A program made the position numbers and the translations under genes. DNA of 64,000 bases from assembly GCA_951406725.2 (NCBI GenBank), contig OX597817.1, forward strand, positions 50,282,001-50,346,000. Direction: 5' to 3'. Positions 27,235 to 40,089 of this stretch are shown here, piece after piece. The stretch comes from Octopus vulgaris (Eukaryota). The notes below the pieces were generated by a model. The model did not search any database. It was not told the origin of the DNA and saw only the letters and a program-made list of their open reading frames with translations. How positions within the stretch are numbered: the stretch's first letter is position 1; every line of letters starts with the position of its first letter.

Positions 27235-27728
27235 TTTATCCGTTCCAGCCCCGCAAAATCACACAAAATAATTTATGGCGTTTTACAAGGAAAATTACGA
27301 TTATAAAAGCATAATACATGCACTCCTCTTCCATGTTTATCAACGATTTCATTCTTGAATTCTATGGTAACCAGCTTTTTCTTCTTCTCAGCACTGTCCT
27401 TCGCACTAACCTTCTTAGGGCTCATGGTCAACACAACTTATTATTATAAAATAACAACAAAAAAACGCACAAAACTAAAAAAGAAAAACACTGGGAAAAA
27501 CACAATAGGGATGCTACGACAACGAGATAAACACGTGATCTGAGCAAGCGGAAGCTGTGCTTGTTGGGAGAGCGCGTACGAGCTCGGTGCCGACTAGCAG
27601 TCGCTTGTATGAAACTCGTTCGAATTTTGGATGTCTACTTGTACTTCATGACCAAAATTCATTCGAGTCTCAGCTCGTACAGCAAATAACTCGTACAATG
27701 GTGCACTCGTACTGCGAGGTTCTCCCGT
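27235..27728 (-). mobile_element. Tigger/pogo-type DNA transposon remnant with transposase N-terminus and one TIR
   Basis: Minus strand from ATG at 27425 reads MSPKKVSAKDSAEKKKKLVTIEFKNEIVDKHGRGVHV (CENP-B HTH-like start); terminal cgaggttctcccg followed by TA. Confidence 0.65.
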
Positions 27729-27860
27729 ATATATGTGTGTGTGTATTTGTGTGTATACATATGCATACATACATACATACATACATACATGCATACATAC
27801 ATGCATACATACATACATACATACATACATACATACATAAATACATACATACATATATAT

Positions 27861-28015
27861 AGCTGGTAGAATCGTTAGCACGCCGGGCGAAATGCTGGGC
27901 TGTATTTCGTCTGCCGTTACGTTCTGAGTTCAAATTCCGCCGAGGTCGACTTTGCCTTTCATCCTTTCGGGGTCGATAAATAAAGTACCAGTTGCATACA
28001 GGGGTCGATCTAGGC
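27861..28015 (+). mobile_element. SINE family A, partial
   Basis: agctggtagaatcgttagcacgccggg...ggggtcgatcta. Confidence 0.85.
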
Positions 28016-28016
28016 A

Positions 28017-28047
<31 letters not shown>

Positions 28048-28186
28048 TACAGTAGAACCTCGTAGTATTAGAGTGTCTGTGTATATACACTCATGCCCTC
28101 ATTATATACATGTACATGTATATATAATATTTATGTACAGATGTGTGTATGTGTATATATGTGTGAGTGTGTATGTGAGTGTCAAT

Positions 28187-28395
28187 GGGCATGGCTCTGT
28201 AATTAAAATGTAGTTACGCTGTGAGTTCAATTCCCAGGCCGGGCTGTGTGTTGTGTTCATGAGCAAAACAGTTTATTCCACATTGCTCCAGTTCACTCAG
28301 CTGCAGGAATGAGTTGCGATGTCACTGGTGCCAAACTGTATCGGCCCCTTTGCCTTTCCCTTGGATAACATCGGTGACGTACAGAGGAGAGGCTT
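28187..28395 (+). mobile_element. Diverged SINE with family D head and a different tail
   Basis: gtgagttcaattccc B box, ttgtgttcatgagcaaaacag...ttgctccagttcactcagctg. Confidence 0.6.
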
Positions 28396-28961
28396 AGTTT
28401 GTAAATGATCGCTATTAAATACCGCAATCATTTTCTTTGGCCGATACGGCCAATTATTCGATTAATGTATTTTTCTTCCATTTATTCTATTCCTTTCCAA
28501 TGTTATTTAAATTAACACAAACAATATTTTGATCGTAATTTTTTATTGTCTTTTTCTACTTTTTATTTTTGAAATTTTTTTTACTGCTCTTTTTTCGCAC
28601 AACCTTTCTTTATCGTTTTCTGAAATTTAAATGGATTTTACCTCTCCGCACACATGACGATGGAACGCCAAGTAAAACAAAAAGAAATAAAAGCTCAACG
28701 GTTTTGTTATGATAACTCGAAGATACGCGAATTATAATTGTTTATTATTTTTTATTGGTTTGTTCTGGAGACAGATGGGCTGTGACCATAACCTTCATAG
28801 GCTCCACGGCACTGATAATATCGGTGTCCTTAATTTCTCTCTCGAATATTTACACGTCGATGACTGCACGTGAATCATTTTCAGGAAAATTATTCTAACA
28901 GGACGATGTTCTGCATAGTAACAGCAGCAGAGGCAGCAACAGGAGCAGCAGTAGCAAAATG

Positions 28962-29036
28962 AAGAAGAAGAAGAAGAAGAAGAAGAAGAAGAAGAAGAAG
29001 AAGAAGAAGAAGAAGAAGAAGAAGAAAAAGAAGAAG
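28962..29036. repeat. (GAA)n microsatellite
   Basis: Direct reading. Confidence 0.95.
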
Positions 29037-29574
29037 TACAACAACAACAAAAACACCCTGTCTACAATGAGAAAAATGAAGTCAAAGAGTCCAATGTTAA
29101 CCTAGGATCTGATTTAATTTCCACTGTAACAGAAAGGGAAACTGTGGGTTTGTACAATGCTAAAAGACATCCCTTGTAGTTTAAATGTTGATCCTGCAGA
29201 TATTGCTGTGCTGTGCAAGAGTTTGCTGATGTGTATCGGTGGATGATATTCCCCAACTAGATGCCTCCACCGGAGGGAATTGGAACCGTTGAATGTGTTA
29301 CATAAAGTGTATAATGAGACAGAGAAGAAACATTGACATGAATAGACGACACATTGCAGTTCATCTTCTACTATCCGTCTCTTTCACTGGATTGTTAGCT
29401 TACGACGGGAACGTAAACAAACCAACACCGCTTTTCAAGCGGTGGTGCTGGTGCTGGGAACAAGCATAAATACATAGACACACATATATGCATATATATA
29501 TTTGCACGCATATATACCTCCCTACCTACATGCATGCATGTACGAATTGATCGCTAGCTCTATAATTTTTTTTT

Positions 29575-29730
29575 ATATTCTCTGTCTGTTTTTTTCTGAG
29601 TTTCTTTCTGTTGAAGAGCGTAGGCTCAAAACGTAAACGACTTTCTCGCCTTCGCGGGCTTTAAACTAATGCACCTGTTCGTTGTTTATACACCTGTCTT
29701 CGTCCTTTGTTTTTCTGTAACTTTCAACTA
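29575..29730 (+). mobile_element. Short element with degenerate hammerhead (family of 58320-58522 and 62757-62952)
   Basis: cttt CTGTTGA a gagc gtag gctc aaaa cgt a aacg at 29604-29639; downstream acacctgtcttcgtc shared with the minus-strand copies. Confidence 0.65.
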
Positions 29731-29732
29731 CA

Positions 29733-29766
<34 letters not shown>

Positions 29767-29884
29767 CATACATACATACATACACACACATACATACATA
29801 CATACATACATACATACACGCAGACAAACACACATAAGTGCGTACATACAGATATACAGATATTACGGTATTTCATACACTTTG

Positions 29885-30582
29885 AGGCGGCGAGCTGGTA
29901 GAAACGTTAGCACGCCGGGCAAAATGCTCAGCGGTATTTCGTCTGCCGCTACATTCTGAGTTCAAATTCCGCCGAGGACGACTTTGCCTTTCATCCTTTC
30001 GGGGTTGATTAAATAAGTATCAGTTACGCACTGGCGTCGATATAATCGACTTAATCCATTTGTCTGTCCTTGTTTGTCCCCTCTGTGTTTAACCCCTTGT
30101 GGGTAGTAAAGAAATAGGTATTTCGTCTGCCGTTACGTTCTGAGTTCAAATTCCGCTGAGGTCGACTTTGCCTTTCATCCTTTCATGGTCGATAAATTAA
30201 GTACCAGTTACGCACTGGGGTCGATGTAATCGACTTAATCCGTTTGTCTGTTCTTGTTTGTCCTCTCTGTGTTTAGCTCCTTGTGGGTAGTAAAGAAATA
30301 GGTATTTCGTCTGCCGTTACGTTCTGAGTTCAAATTCCGCTGAGGTTGACTTTGCCTTTCATCCTTTAAAGGCGGTGAGCTGGCAGAAACGTTAGGACGC
30401 CGGGCGAAATGAGTAGCCGTGTTTCGTCTGCCGTTAGGTTCTGAGTTCAAATTCCGCCGAGGTCGTCTCTTCCTTTCATCTTTTTGGAGTCGATAAATTA
30501 AGTACCAGTTGCATACAGGGGTCGATCTAATCGACTGGCCCCCTCCCCAAAAATTTCGGACTTTGCGCCTAGAGTAGAAAAC
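29885..30582 (+). mobile_element. Tandem cluster of SINE family A units
   Basis: Head at 29885, repeats restarting at ggtatttcgtctgccg (about 30117 and 30301), new head at about 30370. Confidence 0.9.
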
Positions 30583-31017
30583 TTATTTCATACAGTGTCT
30601 GTCAAACAGATTAACTCATAAAACATTGATAGAGCCAGGACTACAGTAGAAACGACTTTCCGAAGCTGCCACGCTATGTCAATGAACACAACACCATAAT
30701 CAGTAGTAAGGTAACAAATTTATTTATTCTTTGACTGGTAACAGTCAGATTAAACAACGGCCATCCTATCGCAGCGCGTTCAATGGGTTTTTGGCGATTA
30801 TTTCGTTCTGTGTCGTTCGCCTTGAGACTATGTTACTATATTAATGAAATGGCGAAATCACCTTGATGTAAAATGTCTTAAATCATCTGTCATGGCGACG
30901 TAACTAAAATATTTTATACATGATAGTATGTAAAACTTCTAGTTTCTGTATTGTATAATTTATGAAACTGATTGTCGAAGACAAATATTATTTTTCACAT
31001 TAAGCACAAGGCATTAG

Positions 31018-31348
31018 ACCAACCCCAGTACGCAACTGGTACTTAATTTATCGACCCGAAAGGATGAAAGGCAAAGTCAACCTCGGCGGAATTTGAACTT
31101 AAAACGTAAAAACAGACGAAATATCTATTTCTTTACTACCGACAAGGAGCTAAACACAGAGAGGACAAACAAGGATAGACAAACGGACTAAGTCGACTAC
31201 ATCGACCCCAGTGGGCAACTGGTACTTAATTTATCGACCCCGAAAGGGTGAAAAGCGAAGTCGACCTCGGCGGTATTTGAACACAGAACGTAACGGCAGA
31301 CGAAATACGGCTACGCATTTCGCCCGGCATGCTAACGTTTCTGCCAGC

Positions 31349-31349
<1 letters not shown>
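31018..31349 (-). mobile_element. SINE family A dimer
   Basis: Reverse complement of two family A units. Confidence 0.85.
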
Positions 31350-31387
<38 letters not shown>

Positions 31388-31394
<7 letters not shown>

Positions 31395-31492
31395 TAAGAG
31401 GGTCACTATATTAACATCTAGCACCAGTTAATCCAAAACCTTTTGGATTAACTGGTGCTATATTAATATAGTGACCACTCTCTTATATTTAT
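31388..31492. repeat. Foldback palindrome with ~50-bp arms next to (TA)n
   Basis: tagcaccagttaatccaaaa cc ttttggattaactggtgcta core, extended by tcactatattaa/ttaatatagtga and ataaatataagag/ctcttatatttat. Confidence 0.85.
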
Positions 31493-31615
31493 TTTGTGAA
31501 AATATATAATATGTTATAAAATATTATAATAATCCAGGTTTCTCGTAGCACTAGGCCACTTGGTGTGGAATAAATATACTATTAAATTAGTATCTAATTC
31601 TCTCACCCTTATTAA

Positions 31616-32265
<650 letters not shown>

Positions 32266-32874
32266 ATCATATCACATCACATATGGTACATGCACGACAG
32301 AGAAATATGTTCTATGTATTACTTATGATACACAGGTCAGTTAAAAGGGTTAAAACTAATCTCGTCTCACCAGTATTTGCGCTTCAAGAAACGAAAACAA
32401 AAAAGTTTCTTAGAAACGAAGTCATAATTTTAGCGGACGCCTATTTGATTGGCAGGTGTGTCAAACTACGCCCATAAATCTGAACACCTGGCCTCGTTTC
32501 TTCTTTATATATCCAGGTTCAAAATTAATAATACACAGAGATGTAAGTAACACTATATAGGTCATTGTTTAAAAAAGAATGTATTGGCTTTTCGCTAAGA
32601 CATCAATGTCTAACAACTGCTTTCATCAGCTTTCCTTGTCAACATCAATACCTTTCTATAAGCCCACTCCCCTCGTTTCTTTATCATCATTATCATCTTT
32701 CCATTGATTATTATCATTATTATATGATGTTAACTATTTTTGATGCGGCAAAATGACAGAATTGTTAGCATGCCGGACAAAATGTAACGTTATTTCTTTC
32801 CGGTTTTACGTTCTGAGTTCAAATTTCCCGAAGGCCGACTTTCTCGTTCGTCTTTTTGGGGGTCGATAAAATAA

Positions 32875-33112
32875 TACCTATTTCTTTACTACCCACAAGG
32901 GGCTAAACACAGAGAGGGCAAACAAGGACAAACAAACGGTTTAAGTCGATTACATCGATCCCAGTGCGTAACTGGTACTTAATTTATCGACCCCGAAAGG
33001 ATGAAAGGCAAAGTCGACCTCAGCGGAATTTGAACTCAGAACGTAAAGACAGACGAGAAATACGGCTATGCATTTCGCCCGGCGTGCTAACGTTTCTGCC
33101 AGCTCGCCGCCT
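32875..33112 (-). mobile_element. SINE family A nested in an older plus-strand family A copy (about 32745-33175)
   Basis: Reverse-complement monomer; ggggtcgataaaataatacc occurs on both sides as the duplicated target. Confidence 0.85.
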
Positions 33113-33349
33113 TGGGGGGGGGGGTCGATAAAATAATACCAGTTAAACACTGGGGTCTAAAATTTGAAACCATCATTATTTACCTCCGCCTATTCTCCTT
33201 CTTTGCTTTTCCGTCGCTGCTTCCCTTCTACTTCACTAATTCGTCTTCTCCCTTCTCATCCATCTTCTTATCCCCTTACTCCTCTTCCTTCTTTTTATTC
33301 AGTTTTCTTTTCCTCTTCCCTTCTGTTTTTTCCTTCTACCTGTTCTCTT

Positions 33350-33700
33350 CTCTCTACGTTCTTCTTCTTTTTCACCTTCTCTTTCTACGTTGTGTTTCTT
33401 CATCTTCCCCTTCTTCCTCTTCTTTTCTTTTTACGTTCGTCTTCTTTTCCTTCCTCTCCTTTTCTATCAACGTTCTTCTACTTCTTCCCCTCCTCCTCCT
33501 TCTTCTTCTCTTTCTACGTTCCTCTCTTCTTCTTCTTCTTCTTCTTCTTCTTCTCTTTCTGCGTTCTTCTTCTTCTTTCTGCGTTCTTCTTCTTCTTCTC
33601 TTTCTGCGTTCTTCTTCTTCTTCTCTTTCTGCGTTCTTCTTCTTCTTCTTCTTCTCTTTTTACGTTCTTCTACTTCTCCTCCTCCTCCTCCTTCTTCTTT
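33350..33700. repeat. Pyrimidine-rich (TTC)n tract with recurring ctttct[a/g]cgtt spacer
   Basis: Direct reading; source of the Leu/Phe/Ser-rich spurious ORFs. Confidence 0.9.
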
Positions 33701-34074
33701 TGTGGCAGCAGTGGCGATGGTCGTGATAGCGGTGGAATTAACGCTAGTGTCAGCAACTCTAATGTTATATTTCTATTTCTAATATAATAAATGTTTCCAG
33801 CTTATAGCCTAAAGGGATATTTAATGAAATTTATCTAACGTGACGATAATTTCAAAGAGTAAATGCACCAAACAAACATTTTAAATAATTGATTAATTTA
33901 TTTATTGAAATATAAGGAAAACCTAAATATTCTCTCTTCTAAAAAGAATAAACATTTTAATGCCGTCAGCTACAAAATATCTTTGTCAACGATGAAAATG
34001 TTTGTCTATGTGATAAATGAACTGTAGTAGCTGAGCGGTTGATATAAAAACATACCCTACACGGTCCTATGTTG

Positions 34075-34820
34075 AGGCACATGGCCTAGTGGTTAGAGCA
34101 GCGGGTTCGAATCTCAGCTCGGGCGATGAGTGTGTTTATAAGTGAAACACCTAGGCTCTACGCGGCTCTGGCAGAAGGTAATGGTGAACTTTTGCTGACT
34201 CTTTCGCCACAACTTTCTCTCACTCTTTCCTTCGGCACCTAGCAGCTCACGGACTGGCATCCCACCAGGTAGGGAACCTATTCGCCAAGGAAACCGGCCC
34301 TTATGAGCCTAGTAGTTAGAGCAGCGGGCTCGAATCTCAGACCGGACGATAAGTGTTTATGAGCGAAACACCTAAGCTCCACGCGGCTCTGGCAGGATGT
34401 AATGGCGAACTCCTGCTGACTCTTTCGCCACAACTTTCTCTCACTCTTTCCTCCTGCATCTTGCAGCTCACCTGTGACAGACCGGTGCTCCGTCCAGGTA
34501 GGGAACCTATACGCCAAGGAAACCGAGAAACCGGCCCTTATGTGCCTAGTGGTTAGAGCAGTGGGTTCGAATCTCAGCCCGGCCGATGAATATGTTTATG
34601 AGAGAAACACCTAAGCTCCACGCGGCTCCGGCAGGAGGTAATGGCGAGCTTCTGCTGACTCTTTCGCCATAACTTTCTCTCACTCTTTCCTGCTGCATCT
34701 TGCAGCTTACCTGTGACAGATCGGTGCTCCGTCCAGGTAGGGAACCTATACGCCAAGGAAACCGGGAAATCTGCCCTAATGAGCCAGGCATGGCTCGAGA
34801 AGGAACAAACAACAGCAACA
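34075..34820 (+). mobile_element. Head-to-tail trimer of a SINE family C variant
   Basis: Three ~235-bp units each starting cctagt[g/a]gttagagcag at about 34085, 34308 and 34545; single (CAA)-like tail. Confidence 0.85.
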
Positions 34821-35389
34821 CGGTTCCATGGATTGTAAGTTCTGTTTCACATTTCATTGTGCCATGACATTTGACTTACCGTATTTTTAGTAATTGCACT
34901 TCATATTTGAAGCTCTGATGAAACTGTTAAGCACTCAAATATGAGTTCACCGTATCTTAAAGTGGAAACAGATGTAAGCTAATGAATTTCATAAGCTAAT
35001 CGTGTATTCCTTTGTCATCTCCCTCCCTTATATAATATTCTATTTCATATCGCCTACGCACGTTTCAATTTCTTACCTTCATTCATATTTTAAAACTGAA
35101 ATTGCATTCTGAATTTAAAAGGTAAAAATCTCTTCAGGGCAAAATTGACATGTGTGTGTGCGTGTGTGTAGTTATACTTGAGGATGGTCATCTTTTTCCA
35201 ATGAAACAGATGGCACTATTCATTGTATCTTTAGTTTTATAATTATTATTATTTTCAGTATATTATTTAAGTTGTCAAAGTTATTTCGTCTTATATTATG
35301 TGACCTCTTCAACGATTCTATGTCCCATGTGTCTCCTGTTGTCTTGCCTATTTCATTTTTACCATCTTTCTCTTTCTCTTTCTCTCTCT

Positions 35390-35439
<50 letters not shown>

Positions 35440-35612
35440 CCTGAGCTTTCATTATAATTTTATGTTAAATTTATTTAAGATCATTTCTAAATTTAAAATT
35501 CCACTTCATATCTGAAAAATCAGAAATATTGAAATATTCTATAATTAGCAAGCTGAAGAAATTACACTTCTATCACTAGGCCTTGAAATCTATCTCTCTA
35601 GTCATTTATATC

Positions 35613-35652
<40 letters not shown>

Positions 35653-36146
35653 TGTGTGTGTGTATGTGTGTGTGTATGTATTTATGTATGTATATGTCCC
35701 ATTCAATTATTATTATCTAGAGATTGTTACCCACACTGTCTTAATACGATGGATTTGTTTCCTTCGTTCGTTCGCATATTTCGCTACTCTTATAATCCCA
35801 ATATATGTGTATTTGTATATCAGTGTGTGTATGCGTGCGTGCGTGCGTATGGGCGTGCGTACGTGTATATGCATACGCACATGTGCGTGAATATTTGTGT
35901 GTATGTGCATATATATGTAGGCGTTATTGCCTCCCATCCATCTGCGGTAGTTATCAAGTAAATTTGATTGCTAGTTTCAGTATTCCGCACAACAGATTTT
36001 AGGTTCTACAGTTCTATATTTAAGAGATGAGGAATTATGTACATTATTTACATATGAGCAGCATATGAGAACCGGTATTAAGGAAGGATAGAAAAATATT
36101 AGATTTATAAGACCTAAAATTCACTCCAAAATTGCCCACAGACATT

Positions 36147-36381
36147 TGACGTAGTAGTTAAGAGCGCTACTAACCCCAAGATTCCAAGTTCGATTCCAAG
36201 CAGCGAATAATAATAATAATAAAAAAATAATATCGAAGAATACCATAGGAATGAGAACCCAGGTTCGAAATTTTCCCAAGACACCTGGTGAAGGCTGGAG
36301 GGTATATCAGCCGAAACGTTGTGTTAACAACAAACAAGATGAGGACAAATATCGTCGACTGTAAATAAAGTAAATAATGTA
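36147..36381 (+). mobile_element. Element with tRNA-like head, (AAT)n linker and hammerhead-containing tail
   Basis: A-box-like tgacgtagtagttaag, B box agttcgattcc, aataataataat, then the 22829-22982 family sequence. Confidence 0.65.
36281..36324 (+). ncRNA. Minimal type I hammerhead motif (A6 to G in this copy)
   Basis: acac CTGGTGA a ggctg-gagggtatat-cagcc GAAA cgt t gtgt; sister copy has CTGAAGA. Confidence 0.65.
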
Positions 36382-36884
36382 GATTTTAGGTACAATTATT
36401 CAACACAATGTGCGATATTGACTCCTCGTTTTTATACTGGTGTCCATCTTAATAAAGATTTTGCATGGACATCGTCTAGTTTTCTTCGTTGTATTACTGC
36501 GTTGTGGAGTTTTCGCAACGATGCTCAGCCTAATATTTGTGGTATCACAAATAGAATATGATACAAACTTTTCAGGATTTCCTTATGACACATAACTTTT
36601 GTTGATTTTCACAGCTTTTTCCAGCTTACATTTGGAAGTACGATAGTATTTTACAGGTGATTCTTCATGTTGATATCATGATGTTTGATCGGCCATATTT
36701 CAGAAATGCAACGAAATTCTGCTGTCAACTTTGCAGTTAGTTCTGCATTTGGCATTCATTTAAATATGTCCTTCATCGCACAGAACAGTGCCAAGCCATG
36801 CAAATAAGCAGAAGTCATCGTTAGCTTTGTCTTCCATCATCAACTATTATCTGTTCCTTCCCTATTCTACATATTCTATATAGA

Positions 36885-36885
36885 T

Positions 36886-36940
<55 letters not shown>
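36885..36940. repeat. (GATA)n microsatellite
   Basis: Direct reading. Confidence 0.95.
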
Positions 36941-37215
36941 TGTGTGTGTGTGTGCATGTACATCTTGTTTGAGTTATGGGACTGTGGCCATGCTGGGTCA
37001 GAGCCTTGAAGGGTTTTAGTCGAATAGATCAACCCCAGTACTTATTCTATCTGCTGTCTTGCCAAAAAACTAATTTACGGGAACAGAAACACTGATTATC
37101 AAGCAATATGGGAAATACAGGAAGTCTTATATACATACCGTCATATATATATATATATTATGGAGATGTACTTGCATAGCGAGTGACTTGATCTGAGATC
37201 GTGTGCTCGAACGAA

Positions 37216-37499
37216 AACAATTGCAGCGTGGAAGGTGTCTATAAGCCATTTAAGAAACACACAAAACCGTTAGATTCACTTCAACATTTAAATCTAATTT
37301 GTTAAAATATTTTCGTCGCTTTGAGATCGCGACCTGTTCACTGACAAAACATCATGCAGCATGAAGTTTTGTCAGTGAACAGGTCGCGGTTTCAAAGCGA
37401 CGAAAGTATTTTGACAAATTAGATTTAAATGTTGAAGTGAATCTAACAGTTTTGTGTGTTCTTAAATGGCTTATAAACACCTTCCACGCTGCAATTGTT
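37216..37499. repeat. Near-perfect foldback palindrome with ~140-bp arms inside a (TA)n tract
   Basis: aacaattgcagcgtggaaggtg...ctgacaaaac atcatgc a gcatga a gttttgtcag...caccttccacgctgcaattgtt; centre at 37358. Confidence 0.92.
37368..37418 (+). ncRNA. Hammerhead-like motif with G3-C8 swapped core (mirror copy on minus strand at 37298-37348)
   Basis: tttgtca GTGAACA g gtcgc-ggtttcaaa-gcgac GAAA gtatt t tgacaaa: 7-bp stem I, 5-bp stem II. Confidence 0.55.
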
Positions 37500-38234
37500 A
37501 TATATATATATATATATATGGACGACCGGCTTATTGCGCAAGTTTTCCATTCCTTCTACGCAATTCACACTCACTAGGCATGGGCACGGAGCTATTGTAG
37601 CATACGTATATTAAAGATGCCGCACCTTGGTACTGAACCCGCAACTAGGTAAAGTGAACTTCTTAACGACACATCAACGCACTCAAAAGTAGGGCAGCTT
37701 TTTCTCGTATACTTTTGCAAACATGTAACGTAAACTCAAGTACATCCCTTTACAAATTAATGAAGATTTCAAAAGTTGTTGTTTCGAAATGATAAAGTAG
37801 ATTTTAAAAATTAACGAAAAATTTACGAAGTCATTGTTGACGACCCGTGGCATGTGAAAATTACACATATTTTGTATGAGAATTAAAGATGTTTGACTTT
37901 TGTTCCGCCCAGAAAATATTATGCTAGTCCATGTTTCAAATTTGCCAAAACAACAATTTGTGTCAATAAACTGCTTGTTTTCTCCATTCATTCACAAAAC
38001 TTGATTTGATTGTGAAATAATGAACATGAAAATGGCGAACGATTTTTTGTTCCCCACACAATTTATTCAAAAATATGCAGCGTCAATTGAGGCCAAATAC
38101 GAAAGAAGATATTTAACATTCATGTTTAAAACAATTTAATGATTGGAATATTTTAATTGAAATGATCTTAACCATATAACAGCTCACCCGCTTCTTCTCC
38201 ACCTTCTTTCCATTAATATTATTATTATTATTAT

Positions 38235-40070
38235 CTTTCAGTAGTCTTATTTTTATCACGTGCTTTCATTGCACTACCAAGCGCAGCTCAGTGTGACTTG
38301 GGTATGTGCTGTGGTTTGTTGTGATGCTCTTATTTTCGCTGTATTGAAAGAGTTTTGTTTTACGTAGGATGTATGCGGTGCCTAATAGTTTTATTTTCTG
38401 TATGTTATATATATTTGTTAGTCCCAGTGTTTTTGTTATGTATTTGTTTGAATATTTTTTTACTCCTCATTCGTGTTACCTCTATTTGCAGGTCTTTGTA
38501 TTTTGAAAGTTTCTCCATTTATTTTAAAGAAACACTGTCATCTGTTGGTATTGATACATCAATTAGAAAGCATTTTTTTCTTGATTATTTCTGACAACTA
38601 TCTCTGGCCTATTGGCCTTAATTTTTCTATCTGTGTGTTTTGGCATATCCCATAGTATGGTTGCTTTCTCATTTTCTGTGACCTTTTCTGGCGTGTGCCT
38701 GTACCGTCTTTTTTCTGTTGTAATTGCATAGAGTTGACATAACATCAAATATATGTAGGTCCAAACTCGTCTTTGAATATATTCATTCTTAGCCTAAGAC
38801 AATATGGTTTATTGTTTCTTGTCCATCTCCACTTATTCTGCAGTTACTTGTTATGTTCCTTTTCATTATACGTTTTTGGTAATTCGGCTGCAGTTAAAAC
38901 TCCTTCGGTCTCCACTTTGAGTCCTGAGCTTCTCAGCCATTGTTGGGATTTTGCTTTGTCCATTTCTTTTGCGTTTAATTTAACCCAGTATTTGCTATGA
39001 AGGAGCTTTTCTTACCATCGTTTTATCATGATCTATTGCTGTTCCAGTTTTAGTTTGGATTTCAGTTGTTTTATAGCTTTTGTCGTTGCTTCTATTTCTT
39101 CATAGTTGTTAGGTACTATGACTTCTTGTTTGTATTTTTCAGCTTCCTGAAAGAGTGAAAACAGTATTTTGTTTTGTTCGTGTTTTAGGACTATTTGTAT
39201 TAGTTTTCTTTGCTTCTGAAGTAGGTATTTGTGTAGTGCTATAGTGATTATCTTGTAACAGTTTTCTAGCTGTATAAGGCCTCTACCATCTTCTATACGT
39301 TGTATATATAAACTTTCCACGTCAGGTTTTTCTTTTGGTGGTGCATCCTAAGCCCTGTTAATATTTTTCTTGTTTTCCTGTCTATTTCATTTAGTGTCCA
39401 GTTAAGGATGTTGTAGCTGTAACTTATTACTGGGTCAGCTATACCTATTATCTTGTTTTGTATATTGAGCACTCTTTTCGGTATTTACCTAACACGTCTA
39501 GAGTATTCTTTATTTATTTTCTCTTTCATTTGTGTGTGTTGAATCGTATTTAATTCATTGATTTGTATGCCTCGCTTTGGTCTAATTCTCTCATTTCATT
39601 TGCTTTATCTAGTGTGATGTTGCTACTCTTAACTAGTTTTCCTCTTTTCATGGTTGCTTTGGCACATTTTTCTAATCCAAATTTCATGTTTATTTCTGTG
39701 GTAAATCCATGTACTGTCTTTAGTAACATGTCCAACTGTTTATTATTTATAGCATACAGTTTCAGGACATCCGTATATAAGAGGTGGCTGGTTGTTTTGC
39801 CGTAACATTTGTATCCACATCCAGTTCTGTGTAGCATAACAGATAAAGGTGTCAGTACCAAGCAGAAACGGAGTCGAGAGAGCGTGTCGCTCTCGAATAT
39901 TCCTGGTTTCTTCTAGATGGTTGTTCATTCTCTGCGATATTATTGCAGTAAAGGCTTTGTAAATTGTAGGGTTTGTAGGGTTTGAGTGTTTGTCGTTTCA
40001 GTAGGTTTGGGATAGTTTTCCCTTCTGTGAGTCATTCAGGTATTGTCTCTAGTTCTCCTAGTATGTCATT
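38235..40070 (-). mobile_element. Decayed Dong/R4-clade LINE (RT and restriction-like endonuclease region) ending in (TAA)n
   Basis: SHLLYTDVLKLY, MKFGLEKCAK, LYIQRIEDGRGLIQLE, ENEKATILWD...TDRKIKANRPEIVV; 3' end abuts the (ATT)n run at about 38215-38233, the known Dong target repeat. Confidence 0.85.
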
Positions 40071-40089
40071 AAATTTCTCAGCCAGCGTT

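Noticed and set aside
33112-33787. 200-aa hydrophobic ORFs resembling membrane proteins
   Set aside because: Products of a (TTC)n low-complexity tract
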